DNA of 64,000 nucleotides, from the IMG/VR virus record IMGVR_UViG_3300032053_018320; one strand, given 5' to 3'. This document shows, piece by piece, positions 21,501-30,349 of this stretch. Position 1 is the first letter of the stretch; every line of letters begins with the position of its first letter. This DNA comes from an uncultured virus (IMG/VR IMGVR_UViG_3300032053_018320). Lineage: Duplodnaviria; Heunggongvirae; Uroviricota; Caudoviricetes. The position numbers and the translations under genes are program-made. Under the pieces are notes generated by a model. The model was given only the letters and a program-made list of their open reading frames with translations. It was not told where the DNA came from and made no database searches.

Positions 21501-24151
21501 TTTGGTAACAAATATTCGTTAAAAGCAACGATTGGAAAATCCTTTGAGAAGAGTGATGCCCATTGAGGAGTTCGCTGAAGGTCATACACATTTTCATGAA
21601 CTGTGTCAAATCGTGATATATTACCGATATTTTTTGAAACGATGCTTGAACGAGTATCCATGACGAATGCTGGATTGACTGTCGATATACTGCTACCAAC
21701 TGACGATGAATCGAACGTGAACTGACCGTTCGGATATGCTGCACAAATTAGTTTCAGATTGTCACCAACCGAATATAGTCTCGACAACGATGGATTACCA
21801 ATCCATGATGATCGCCAGAATCCGATGGCATCGATACATAATGAATCGTTGAAAAAGGCTGGACTATTTGATGTAAATGATGTAAATCCAGTGTCATACG
21901 GAAATATATTGAAACTAGCAACGATAGGATCATTTACATATATGGTAGTTAATCTATTTGCCAGTGATCCATTCTTTATGGTAGAATCGATTCTTACGTG
22001 ATTCCAAATTGCTGGATTTATCGTGATATTGACAACGCTATTTTCTATAATACCCTCGGTTATTTTCATCGTGTTGTCAGTTGCGTTGAAACGTAGATTT
22101 AAGTATTTATTATTTCCACTCGACGTTAACTGCACGTCATTGAATCCACGAGAACCAGCGGTGTATACCCAAAATTCAAATGTCTGGTTCTCATACGTTT
22201 GTAATGGCCCACCAAAGGCACTTATATCAGTGTATATTATTATCGATGAACCATTCGTTAGATTGATCGGATTTCCATGACCAAGGAAATCTGGAATGAA
22301 ATAACAAGTGCTGAATTCAACAGTTAGATAATTAAAACTAAACGGCGTTTCATTGATATACGGCACTTTAGCCGGGATATACATAAAATTCATGAAGTCG
22401 TCGAGCATAACCGCGTTAATTGGCACCGACAAGGCATTATAGAAATCTCCACGAGTTTTAACATTCAATTTGAACGCTGTGCTATTTGCATAGTTTATTA
22501 GTGACTGACCATTTGATATGACATCACCAACAAACTCTGGAGATTCTCCGCTTTGTTTGAACCACAGGTTCGCGAGATAAAATGTTGATTTTAGTGCTGT
22601 CGTCGCATTCAACTCATACGACGGCAAGGTCACGCCAGAAATGACAAATCCACCAACACCAATTTCACTCATCGTGGTGTAGTTCAATGCGTAAATCGTT
22701 ACGCCCGTCGAAGCAGATTCATACGAATCATTCAACGCTGCTACCATTTTTGCATCGACGAAAATAGTTGCGTTCATCGTTGCATTACCAAGAAATATCG
22801 CTATGTTATACCACGTGTTTCCCGCCATTGGCGACAATTTCGTGCAATTCACGAGCGAGAAATTATCTTGAAATAGTCTCGTCATATTCCAGATCGATCC
22901 ATTGAAGATGCCAATAACGAGTAACGCATCATTCGCTGGATTAGATGAATCATAACTCGAATAGAATGGCAACAGTATCATCGACGCATTATCGTTTGGT
23001 GGTGTTCGAATCCATAACGATAACAATTCCATTGGAAATACAACATTTGGTGACGACAAATAGAACCACGGATACTCATATCGTGATGCATTGAAGATCA
23101 TGGATGTCGGCATCGCAGTATCATTTGTATCGTAGATATTCGTTACCCACGATCGATCAACTGGTGAATCAGTCGGCAACGCGTTAAAGGTTCGTTTTCG
23201 ATCATTTCCATAGTAGAGCATCGATCCTTGATAGATATTACCAAATGCTCCACTCTCGATGAATCGTTGTTTCGAATCGCTAAAATTCGAGAGTGATGAC
23301 TGGTAAAACGCTGGATCGATGACGGATATGGGTGCTAATGATGCTAATATCGATGAATAATAATCATTTTCGATCCTTGCCGACGTAAAGTCTATGATCA
23401 CGCTCGCTGCCCAATGACACGATGGATCATGATACAGTAAGTTTAACGTTTTATCATAAATCTTGACGTCGAACGTTTTACTCATGACATATACATTGTT
23501 TGGATCGACTTGTGAACCATTGACCTTGACGATGATGTTATCCTTGTTAAATTGTTGCGAATTGATCAAGATATCTGTCTTCATATAGTAAGTGATTGGA
23601 TAGATGGTATCCGTTAATGAAACTGAATCCGTTGCATTATTGAACGCTGTCAATTGAATTGTTATTGGAACAGGATTTGCTATCGCCACTGATAATTCAA
23701 ATCTCAAGGTAAATGTTTGATTGAAAAACACGACGATTGGATTTTGATCTGGATATATCATGATGTCTGGCGCAGTTACACCATCAAATACTGTCGCAAA
23801 AAACGCGCTATTTATGTATTCACTGCCATTCGTGAGAAACTCATGATCACTCGATGTGAAGTTGAGATACTTGATATTCACGATTGATGTTTCTGAATTG
23901 GCATACGGTGGGTTCGTATCATAGAAATATCCTCGCACTTCATAGGTAAACAAGTTGCCAATCGACGGATCATACCGTATATTGACTGACGATATATTGA
24001 GACCATCAACAGATTTGAAATTCCTCGATGCTCCAATGGCGCTCAATTGTTTTTGTAGGGATTCATTGCAAATCGTGACATATGAAGGATTTGTCACGAT
24101 CGTCAATAACACGACCACCACGATCATTCGTTTAATGACTGTTTTCATCAC
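18512..24151 (-). CDS. Giant (1879 aa) membrane-anchored surface glycoprotein: LamG-like domains, Asn-rich helical stalk, C-terminal TM
   Basis: Signal peptide; three LamG-like segments (LSLWIR..WYNIAI; FEFWVY..WNHVRI; VSFWFY..WNYFVF); 18-aa repeats; TM plus basic tail. Confidence 0.85.
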   Translation of the reverse strand: MMKTVIKRMIVVVVLLTIVTNPSYVTICNESLQKQLSAIGASRNFKSVDGLNISSVNIRYDPSIGNLFTYEVRGYFYDTNPPYANSETSIVNIKYLNFTSSDHEFLTNGSEYINSAFFATVFDGVTAPDIMIYPDQNPIVVFFNQTFTLRFELSVAIANPVPITIQLTAFNNATDSVSLTDTIYPITYYMKTDILINSQQFNKDNIIVKVNGSQVDPNNVYVMSKTFDVKIYDKTLNLLYHDPSCHWAASVIIDFTSARIENDYYSSILASLAPISVIDPAFYQSSLSNFSDSKQRFIESGAFGNIYQGSMLYYGNDRKRTFNALPTDSPVDRSWVTNIYDTNDTAMPTSMIFNASRYEYPWFYLSSPNVVFPMELLSLWIRTPPNDNASMILLPFYSSYDSSNPANDALLVIGIFNGSIWNMTRLFQDNFSLVNCTKLSPMAGNTWYNIAIFLGNATMNATIFVDAKMVAALNDSYESASTGVTIYALNYTTMSEIGVGGFVISGVTLPSYELNATTALKSTFYLANLWFKQSGESPEFVGDVISNGQSLINYANSTAFKLNVKTRGDFYNALSVPINAVMLDDFMNFMYIPAKVPYINETPFSFNYLTVEFSTCYFIPDFLGHGNPINLTNGSSIIIYTDISAFGGPLQTYENQTFEFWVYTAGSRGFNDVQLTSSGNNKYLNLRFNATDNTMKITEGIIENSVVNITINPAIWNHVRIDSTIKNGSLANRLTTIYVNDPIVASFNIFPYDTGFTSFTSNSPAFFNDSLCIDAIGFWRSSWIGNPSLSRLYSVGDNLKLICAAYPNGQFTFDSSSVGSSISTVNPAFVMDTRSSIVSKNIGNISRFDTVHENVYDLQRTPQWASLFSKDFPIVAFNEYLLPNGYGYESRGRVSFWFYANSSGGASKYIFAIYDDGGTKTNSLDDKINAFVIGSAFDDSNSSSIVAYFTKKNGINYIRQTNYSVINDTWNYFVFEWNSTGNTLWINQQLIFHGLTATISDTNTVVYEYSSFKSLGTLLWTYLESKNALEYFTSNIELANRELIKTSSARTAFLFNSGPYIAYVTNTSKIGATWYTSFGHLDNLGFEYDVTRPHDYIPAMASIIDQTSNFTAQTSLTYQFPLSMWNDISLYQGANYNISFVINVTFGSYPLQVFGDANQYIVFVFTKRYSVSIIMPIDISKSVFTVKLWSINGTYSIQNFSIGLTSRNPQNIDAFKKYMHDNAVFSRYIGMNQQVSFNITAGTYYLLAETIPTMDAADFDRVTIDGGSNAINVLPPSLRDITIAYSDQRGQPITNIRTYLLLGDVFVLQPSNVFQAEIGSTLTITSRNVFNEVVFYGTYKVLSFSNYLNIIVVVHSLEIYNQDEYFANYTITKLFAPGFYWSRYLYPKTGAEEKLTTGTYTIAVRDHFNSMTTYHFNLFGDDYLLITSDLTIQNAINNIVNVNRTIGNQITNVELNITNQNSQINNSIVNVDISITSMNTTLGTQLLTMNAGVISVNSTINQQTLYITSLMANLNSTINSQTTYIQSLIANVNSTINAQTTYMTTLFTNINSTILQQSANLEQYLININNTINSIDVNLTQTFFTDLMNNQTGQLTGYITSTVNNQTTTITYQINNETAYINSQLLNVNNSIISNTISINGSMNFQFNEVKSSNSEIQNLIQRTSYSTLINWSEDVQITGIIELTLTNSYPFPILFELKRGTKVQNFTIYTENFVKTYVPGGLYQYRMRNADNGTFVRHRENESSSLAATFANFFVSNNSNYISTSFARVPTPITVTATGNDWANIIVVFVFIGVITLIVFLVWRERKTSVGGKDITGAINDKPRKSGKKGKSTPVSSSATPSGRRTRPATEVGGVRHGKASNQASIMRNDAPKRRGIL
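19430..19665 (-). repeat. 18-aa (54-bp) degenerate tandem repeat, 4+ units, each starting with an N-x-T sequon
   Basis: NSTINQQTLYITSLMANL / NSTINSQTTYIQSLIANV / NSTINAQTTYMTTLFTNI / NSTILQQSANLEQYLINI / NNTI. Confidence 0.85.
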
Positions 24152-24155
24152 TCAA

Positions 24156-24860
24156 TCACAAAATATGTTTCTTTTCTTTCACTTTTTCCGAAGCCTTTTT
24201 TCGCTTTGATCCAACACGAACTTCCTTTCGCTTGATGGTTCGTCGTTTGATTCGTGGATAAATGACAAATACATAGATGATAAATACTACTATTATCGAT
24301 CCAACGATTATGATTCCAACGATTATCATATCAGTTATTACCGTCGCTGTAACGCTCAACACATTCGTTTTATAACAAACTGCAAATACATATTCGTTGG
24401 TCGTGTTTCCATCGATGAGCAACAACATACCAGTTTGGGTATCATATACACGGAGTAAACCGTTGCTGTCATTTTGGACAAGCGAATTTGCTGTCCATCC
24501 AGAATGCCGGATGTCACTATATCCGGGCAACGACGAGATTTTCGATGATGATAATATCCCGTTCTGGGTTATAGATTCATTAACAAACAGTGGCAACTCA
24601 TGAGATGCGTTGATCAACTCAACCGATGGATTATCAACACTATTATTAACAACAATCATTCTCACTGTAAGTTTTATAACGGTTCCGTTAACATACGTGA
24701 CTTGAAAGTCGTTATACGAGCCCACAGATACTTGCTCTGTCGCAGCGCTAACTTTCATGATTTGCGCATTGACGCCTATGGGGGTATACATAAGGATCAT
24801 AGACATCACGAGTATAACGATGGGCAAACGACGTATGTTGGTCACGAGTATCATCATCAT
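24156..24860 (-). CDS. Small membrane-anchored surface protein (divergent WF[RK]YD-family member)
   Basis: Signal peptide, VYDTQTGMLL motif, C-terminal TM and basic tail. Confidence 0.75.
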   Translation of the reverse strand: MMMILVTNIRRLPIVILVMSMILMYTPIGVNAQIMKVSAATEQVSVGSYNDFQVTYVNGTVIKLTVRMIVVNNSVDNPSVELINASHELPLFVNESITQNGILSSSKISSLPGYSDIRHSGWTANSLVQNDSNGLLRVYDTQTGMLLLIDGNTTNEYVFAVCYKTNVLSVTATVITDMIIVGIIIVGSIIVVFIIYVFVIYPRIKRRTIKRKEVRVGSKRKKASEKVKEKKHIL

Positions 24861-25010
24861 TATTCATCGTGGTTATATTTATATTTTTTCGTCAACTCGG
24901 AAAAAATAAAATACATAAAACTAAAACTGAAAAGACTAATCATCAATAACGATCGATGGAATGAATCACGAAAAAAGAGGATAAAAAAATGGGATAAAAT
25001 ATTAAACAAA

Positions 25011-26960
25011 TCACGTTGGCGGTCTAGTTCCCGGCGGTCGATTACCAGGTGGTCGTGACCGTGTTAAAAATGACCGACGAGGTTTACCATCGGGTGGTTT
25101 ACTTGGCGTTCCGCCAGATGTCGGATTCGGCGCTGATGCAACTTGAAACGGTTGGGCGTTCGCAGGCATATTGAAGGTCAGTTCAGTCTTGATCTCTTCT
25201 TTGCCTCGACGACCTCCACCACCCCTGCCACCACCGAAGAATTTCTTGATCACCAGCACGACAACGATGATTATCACGAGAATGATGATGATCCCGATGA
25301 TTCCGCTCAACGGATTACTAAACAACCCACCGAAGAAATCCGCGATACCTTGCCAAATCGACGGTGCAGTTGGCGGTGTATATGCTACTGCAGTCGCATC
25401 ACCAGGTTTATCGATTTGATACTTGTTATACGTCGCATATCGTGGGTCTTGCATCTGATTACCGCTCGTCGATAATAGACTTTTCTTGTCAACCAAGGTC
25501 GAAACAACCACGGTTATCATGTACCGATTGATGACAAATGTATTCAATACTTCAACGCCAGTAGTCACTGTATTATGAGCAGTTTGACCTTCCGAATCAT
25601 CTGCTGGGTCCGGATACACCAGATTATTCAAAGGCCAATCTCGCCACGGATCGGTATACTTGACCCAACAACGTGCTGATGCGAGATCATATTGGGATAG
25701 TATCCAAAATGGCTGAACCTTTAGTGAAGGAGTTATCGTGATATTCTTCGGCGCGTTCTTGATCAAGTCAATATTTGACGAAACAGTTGGCACAGAAGTT
25801 GATGATCCAGTGATTGTCATTGGCAACGCAGCACCAACTTGGACACCGTCGTTCGCCATCGGTATGCTCGTTCCAGATGTCGCTGTCGCTGTTACTGACG
25901 CTTTATACCCACGAGACTTGGTTGTATCTACTTGATCGTTAAGAGTTGTCGGTGTCATATCGGTCGGTTTTGCTTCAGTACCTTGTGGTGGCACAACCTG
26001 CGATATATTACCCGAGAATTGCGCTGAATATGCCGCGAAATCGTTCTTGACAACACCAAACCTTAGTTTGATGGATTGCACAGATTGTATCGCTGAGTAT
26101 ATCTGGACATCGCTCTTGTTAACGCCAATCGTGTTTTTCAAGAACGGCTCAATGACGATATTGATCTTTGGCTTGATCGTGAGTTGCACATTACCACCAA
26201 CCGCGTTAAAAATGCTTTGCATATTGATCGTTTTGGTTTTATATGAAAGAGACCCTCTAAAATCAAGCCGATTATAGTTCATCAATCCGCTATCGCCGTC
26301 TGATTGATACGACCACGAATTTGCGAAATACTTAGCAAGTGTGCAGGGGCCTGGATACGCCCAGTGAGATGTCGTGTCCATCATATCTGGTGGAGCGACT
26401 TCTTCGAGCACGAGTAACATATTTGCCGCCTTACTTTTTGCTTTTTCTGGGTTATCATTACGAGAAAATCCTTTCGCATCATAATCCCACCCATTAACTG
26501 ATACATCATCCTTTTGTATTGCACTCGCAGCAGGCAACAGTATATTTGAATAAACTAGCAAATCAACAGCATAATGATATTGACGGTATTGAATATACGT
26601 TCCATTCACGATGGTATCTGAAACGATCGGAGAATTCGTATCGTTGATTTTATCTGGTGTCAATGGATTTCCCTTATGATCGATCAAGAATGGTAACGTT
26701 GTATACATCTTGAACGATCCAACACCAGGTTTCGTGAATTCTAGTTCATCCGCGGGCATATGACCTTGAATAGTAGTGCCTGTATACACATCCGTTCCAG
26801 TTATACCTGCTCGCACTTCATCGAACGAATACGATACCGTGAATGGTGGTGGCGTCGTTGTGTCACCGGATACTCGTTGTGTCGCAACTGAAAAAAAGGA
26901 GAATACTGTTACCAGCATCATCATCGCAGTTGCCAACATTGTTTTTCTCATTGTTTCCAC
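25011..26960 (-). CDS. Type I membrane protein, candidate spike/fusion protein
   Basis: Signal peptide, beta-rich ectodomain, amphipathic pre-TM helix SIWQGIADFFGGLFSNPL, TM, Gly/Pro/Arg-rich tail. Confidence 0.7.
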   Translation of the reverse strand: METMRKTMLATAMMMLVTVFSFFSVATQRVSGDTTTPPPFTVSYSFDEVRAGITGTDVYTGTTIQGHMPADELEFTKPGVGSFKMYTTLPFLIDHKGNPLTPDKINDTNSPIVSDTIVNGTYIQYRQYHYAVDLLVYSNILLPAASAIQKDDVSVNGWDYDAKGFSRNDNPEKAKSKAANMLLVLEEVAPPDMMDTTSHWAYPGPCTLAKYFANSWSYQSDGDSGLMNYNRLDFRGSLSYKTKTINMQSIFNAVGGNVQLTIKPKINIVIEPFLKNTIGVNKSDVQIYSAIQSVQSIKLRFGVVKNDFAAYSAQFSGNISQVVPPQGTEAKPTDMTPTTLNDQVDTTKSRGYKASVTATATSGTSIPMANDGVQVGAALPMTITGSSTSVPTVSSNIDLIKNAPKNITITPSLKVQPFWILSQYDLASARCWVKYTDPWRDWPLNNLVYPDPADDSEGQTAHNTVTTGVEVLNTFVINRYMITVVVSTLVDKKSLLSTSGNQMQDPRYATYNKYQIDKPGDATAVAYTPPTAPSIWQGIADFFGGLFSNPLSGIIGIIIILVIIIVVVLVIKKFFGGGRGGGGRRGKEEIKTELTFNMPANAQPFQVASAPNPTSGGTPSKPPDGKPRRSFLTRSRPPGNRPPGTRPPT

Positions 26961-26972
26961 GTCAGTTCACCA

Positions 26973-28046
26973 TCAAGGATTGTTCAGACCTATCGTCTTT
27001 ATAAACGATGGACCGTAGTTGAAACTAATCGACGTAATATTACCCAATGATGGAAGACCAGCCAGTTCATATTCATGCAATCCAGACGCCAGTTGCAACA
27101 TCAGTGAAAACGATCTATTCCCGTTGCTCAATGATGGCGGTAGCATAAGGATGTTCTGATAGCCAGTTCCAACAGAAGCATACGGATCGGAAATCACGAC
27201 ATTCACGTTGATTGGATGTTGATCAAATTCCGTGATATTGATGACGTTCGTGAACGTGAAATTCATGGTGAAGTAACTCATGGACACGTTATGCAACTGC
27301 GGATTCCACGTTGGCGCAAAACCACTATCTGGAAACCCAGACAACTGGAATCGTAAGCGAAAATTCGTGGAATTCGTGGAAATTCTAATTGCTGTTGCAC
27401 TCACGATCGTCGGGTCCTTATACACATTGATACGGAAAATTATATTTTCTCTAACGAATACCGAGAAATCTGAGAAATTACCGTATCCAGCGACAGTCGT
27501 CATGAATCGTATGACAAATCCGTTGATTGCCTTGCCGTTGAACTGATCACCAATTTTCAACCGAAGATCAGCAGCGGAACCATTGACACCAATCATCCAC
27601 GATTTATAGAATTGAAATGTCGAATTATCCAGCATTTTATTTGCATCGACGACATATGCCTGCGCTGAATAACTTTCCGTCATATTCGTGAAATCTCCGC
27701 CATTAACAAGGGTAGCACGAACCTCTGGATTCGGCGTTCCACCAATATTTCCTATGGATAATCCAGCAATATAGGTGCTAAAACCAATGATAGCGATGAT
27801 CGCGATGGCCATAACACCTATATACTCAAGATTTTTTTTCGTTGAAAAAACCCGCTTGGCTCGTTGAGCAACAGTCTCCTTGGTAACTGCTCCAGACTGC
27901 GTGGATTTCTTCGTTGCGGGTTTTTGCGCTTGTCCTTGTTTTTGATTCTTTGCTGCCTTCGGCTTCGGCTTTGGCTTCGCCTTCGGTTTTTCTGGAGAAG
28001 TCTTTGGCTTAGGGGCATTTTTCTTTGACATAGTTATAACCTTCAA
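26973..28046 (-). CDS. Type II membrane glycoprotein with Lys/Pro-rich N-tail
   Basis: KPKAKPKPK tail, one TM, sequon-rich ectodomain. Confidence 0.8.
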   Translation of the reverse strand: MKVITMSKKNAPKPKTSPEKPKAKPKPKPKAAKNQKQGQAQKPATKKSTQSGAVTKETVAQRAKRVFSTKKNLEYIGVMAIAIIAIIGFSTYIAGLSIGNIGGTPNPEVRATLVNGGDFTNMTESYSAQAYVVDANKMLDNSTFQFYKSWMIGVNGSAADLRLKIGDQFNGKAINGFVIRFMTTVAGYGNFSDFSVFVRENIIFRINVYKDPTIVSATAIRISTNSTNFRLRFQLSGFPDSGFAPTWNPQLHNVSMSYFTMNFTFTNVINITEFDQHPINVNVVISDPYASVGTGYQNILMLPPSLSNGNRSFSLMLQLASGLHEYELAGLPSLGNITSISFNYGPSFIKTIGLNNP

Positions 28047-28057
28047 TTACTATTGAC

Positions 28058-28362
28058 TTGAACTATTCCATCCTTGAAGGATGGAACTTTCATCGAGTCC
28101 ATCGCTGCTTCTATAACGAGCGAGGCTGTGTTTCGATGTAAATCGTCGTTCCAAACGATTCCCTGTCCACGAGGGATTCTTGCGATAGTTCAACATAACT
28201 ATTTACCACGATCGCTATCATATCAGCCACCAATCTATTGTTGGTAGTTCCATTCTTTTTACCGCGTATGCGGTCACAGATTGGGAAGCCTTGATATGTA
28301 TCAATCCGTTCTTCAAATATAAATGTATCCATCCTTTTAAGCCAATTCAACGAACGAAACAT
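28058..28362 (-). mobile_element. IS200/IS605-family (TnpB) remnant with right-end hairpin
   Basis: Minus strand GAAAG-TTCCATCCTT-C-AAGGATGGAA-TAGTTCAA resembles the IS605/IS1341 right end; upstream ORF TYQGFPICD..G.KNG..ADMIA resembles a decayed TnpB C-terminus. Confidence 0.55.
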
Positions 28363-28391
28363 TCAAATAATTTGGATAATGATATTAGGTC

Positions 28392-28880
28392 ATGAGTTTG
28401 AACATATTACGAGCACGAGCAACCAACTTTTGCATCGGTGTGCCGTGTCAATGTAAGGAACACTATTCATTTTTCACATTTCAGACCACTGAAAAGTTAT
28501 TTGCATTTCTCGATGAAGTGGTGCAATGCCAAGCAGAAGTCAGCGAGTTTGTTAAAACGATGAATTCATTTCCACCAATTGCACTGTTAACGTGGGGTGA
28601 CGACATCGATGAAATGAATGTTATTTGCATTCCGATGATTGACAGCACCAAGAAGCCGAGAAAATACACCATCACGACTGAAAGCGATTTATTTCCCGTG
28701 TATGACGATGTTGGCAGCGGTCAGTTCTCGGCTTTTTCGATCAAGAAACACTTCACGATATTGAAAACGGTTGATGCAGATTCGATCCTTCGCAAATGTC
28801 AAGATTTTGTCGTTCAACATATATCGAATGATGTATCGAACGGTGATACGACAAAAATTCTCGATAACAACGATCAGTAG
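28392..28880 (+). CDS. Hypothetical protein
   Basis: 162-aa ORF starting a plus-strand cluster; TATA-like TTCAAATA upstream. Confidence 0.65.
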   Translation: MSLNILRARATNFCIGVPCQCKEHYSFFTFQTTEKLFAFLDEVVQCQAEVSEFVKTMNSFPPIALLTWGDDIDEMNVICIPMIDSTKKPRKYTITTESDLFPVYDDVGSGQFSAFSIKKHFTILKTVDADSILRKCQDFVVQHISNDVSNGDTTKILDNNDQ

Positions 28881-28909
28881 TTAATCTTCGCTCACATCGA
28901 TACAATCGT

Positions 28910-29191
28910 TTGAATCAGTCAAAATACGGTGATAAAATGCTTTTCAAGACAACGATCACCTACGAAAAATTCGCTACAGTGGATGTCATCATCGATGCAA
29001 CCGACTCACGTGAAGCCTTAAGGGTGCTTTTATCAAAGTTTAATCGAAGTGACATATTTTCTGCCGTGATAAAGGTCGACAATCAAATGGTCGTTAGATA
29101 TACATCGTCTCGTGCAAACAACAAGAAGGGCGCAATTGCAGAATTTTTCTCCGCTGATACTGGAAATCTCGTTGAAACCATCCATCCATGA
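28910..29191 (+). CDS. Hypothetical protein
   Basis: GGTGA SD before internal ATG (MLFKTT). Confidence 0.6.
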   Translation: MNQSKYGDKMLFKTTITYEKFATVDVIIDATDSREALRVLLSKFNRSDIFSAVIKVDNQMVVRYTSSRANNKKGAIAEFFSADTGNLVETIHP

Positions 29192-29200
29192 AAACGATGA

Positions 29201-29575
29201 TTGTGTATGCCGCTACGAACCGATTGCTATCTTGCCGTGCTGAAACGATTCAAGGTGAAATATCCTACAGCCATTTTTGAACTCGTGCATCGAGCATCTG
29301 GAAGTGTGCTTGCCCCGAGTGTTGATTTGTTGATACGAACCGGAATATTCGCAAAGGCTGACGGAAGTAAAAACCCAAAAGATTTTGTCCTTTATCGTCG
29401 ATTGTATCGTGAACAAATATTGACAAATAAGATGGCTATGCAACGATTACGAGAATTAAAACAGATGGCTGAACGACAAGATATATTCTTGGTCTGTCTT
29501 GAAAAGGACCCAACGAATTGTCACCGAACACTCATCAAGGAAATGATAGAAGAATTACCTGATGAACAACGATGA
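29201..29575 (+). CDS. DUF488 family protein
   Basis: LAPS..LL, YREQI and LVCLEKDPTNCHR motifs. Confidence 0.8.
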   Translation: MCMPLRTDCYLAVLKRFKVKYPTAIFELVHRASGSVLAPSVDLLIRTGIFAKADGSKNPKDFVLYRRLYREQILTNKMAMQRLRELKQMAERQDIFLVCLEKDPTNCHRTLIKEMIEELPDEQR

Positions 29576-29736
29576 AGATGAGTTGCATGGTCCAATTTGT
29601 CACTCCGTGGTCACTGTCGTTTCATCCATATCATTTCCTTTGCCCTCGTTGTCATAGGGAATGGTTTTGGGATGATCATGACCTAATGTATTGTAATAGA
29701 AGTGAAAGAGATAATCCTATGACGACATTGATATAG
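29572..29736 (+). CDS. Small Cys/His-containing protein (54 aa)
   Basis: Read manually; ATGA overlap with the DUF488 stop; LCPRCHREW. Confidence 0.4.
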   Translation: MKMSCMVQFVTPWSLSFHPYHFLCPRCHREWFWDDHDLMYCNRSERDNPMTTLI

Positions 29737-29752
29737 TAAGAATTAACGAGAA

Positions 29753-30082
29753 TTGAAAGATGATATGATCATGTGGAATGAATTGAAAAAATGGATCGGT
29801 GCTGAGATTGGAATGATGAAGCGTGATTTATCCATGACGCAACGCCTTCAAAAACAGGTTGGCGAGTCAACGGACATCCCGCAATATTTCATCGACGTGA
29901 TGGATGATCGCAAGCGTATCTTGAAGAAGATGGGCGACCTGGAGAAAGATCGTGAAAAACTGGAACGCACGGAGCACTGCAAGATTTGTGGGCACGTCTT
30001 GACGGTGGACGATCCTGTCGTCGTGGATAAATATCTCGATTACTATCATGTCACCTGTTATCATAGCAAGTATATCGAATGA
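29753..30082 (+). CDS. Coiled-coil protein with C-terminal CxxC..HxxC zinc finger
   Basis: CKIC-x19-HVTC. Confidence 0.7.
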   Translation: MKDDMIMWNELKKWIGAEIGMMKRDLSMTQRLQKQVGESTDIPQYFIDVMDDRKRILKKMGDLEKDREKLERTEHCKICGHVLTVDDPVVVDKYLDYYHVTCYHSKYIE

Positions 30083-30327
30083 AAAAGATGAAAAAGAATG
30101 ATCAACACCATCAACACGACGTACATTCATATGTGGATCGAAATGCACGACTGCTTCAATCGTTTCAAGCTGAAATGCCCGTTGCATCTTGCTGGTCTTG
30201 CCGTCTTGAAGAAGATCGAGACTATGATGTGTTCGAGAAAATGTGGATGGAATTCAAGGAACGAACCAAGCATAACGAATGCTGCGTGCAAGAAATAGAG
30301 ATGCACGAGAATGATGATAGTTGGTAA
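30079..30327 (+). CDS. Hypothetical protein
   Basis: ATGA overlap; an alternative frame 30098..30298 also exists. Confidence 0.35.
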   Translation: MKKMKKNDQHHQHDVHSYVDRNARLLQSFQAEMPVASCWSCRLEEDRDYDVFEKMWMEFKERTKHNECCVQEIEMHENDDSW

Positions 30328-30349
30328 AATAAAAGTACAATATTGTCGA

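Noticed and set aside
25364..25378. PTAP late-domain motif in the fusogen candidate
   Set aside because: Lies N-terminal to the TM (outside the membrane), so inaccessible to ESCRT machinery
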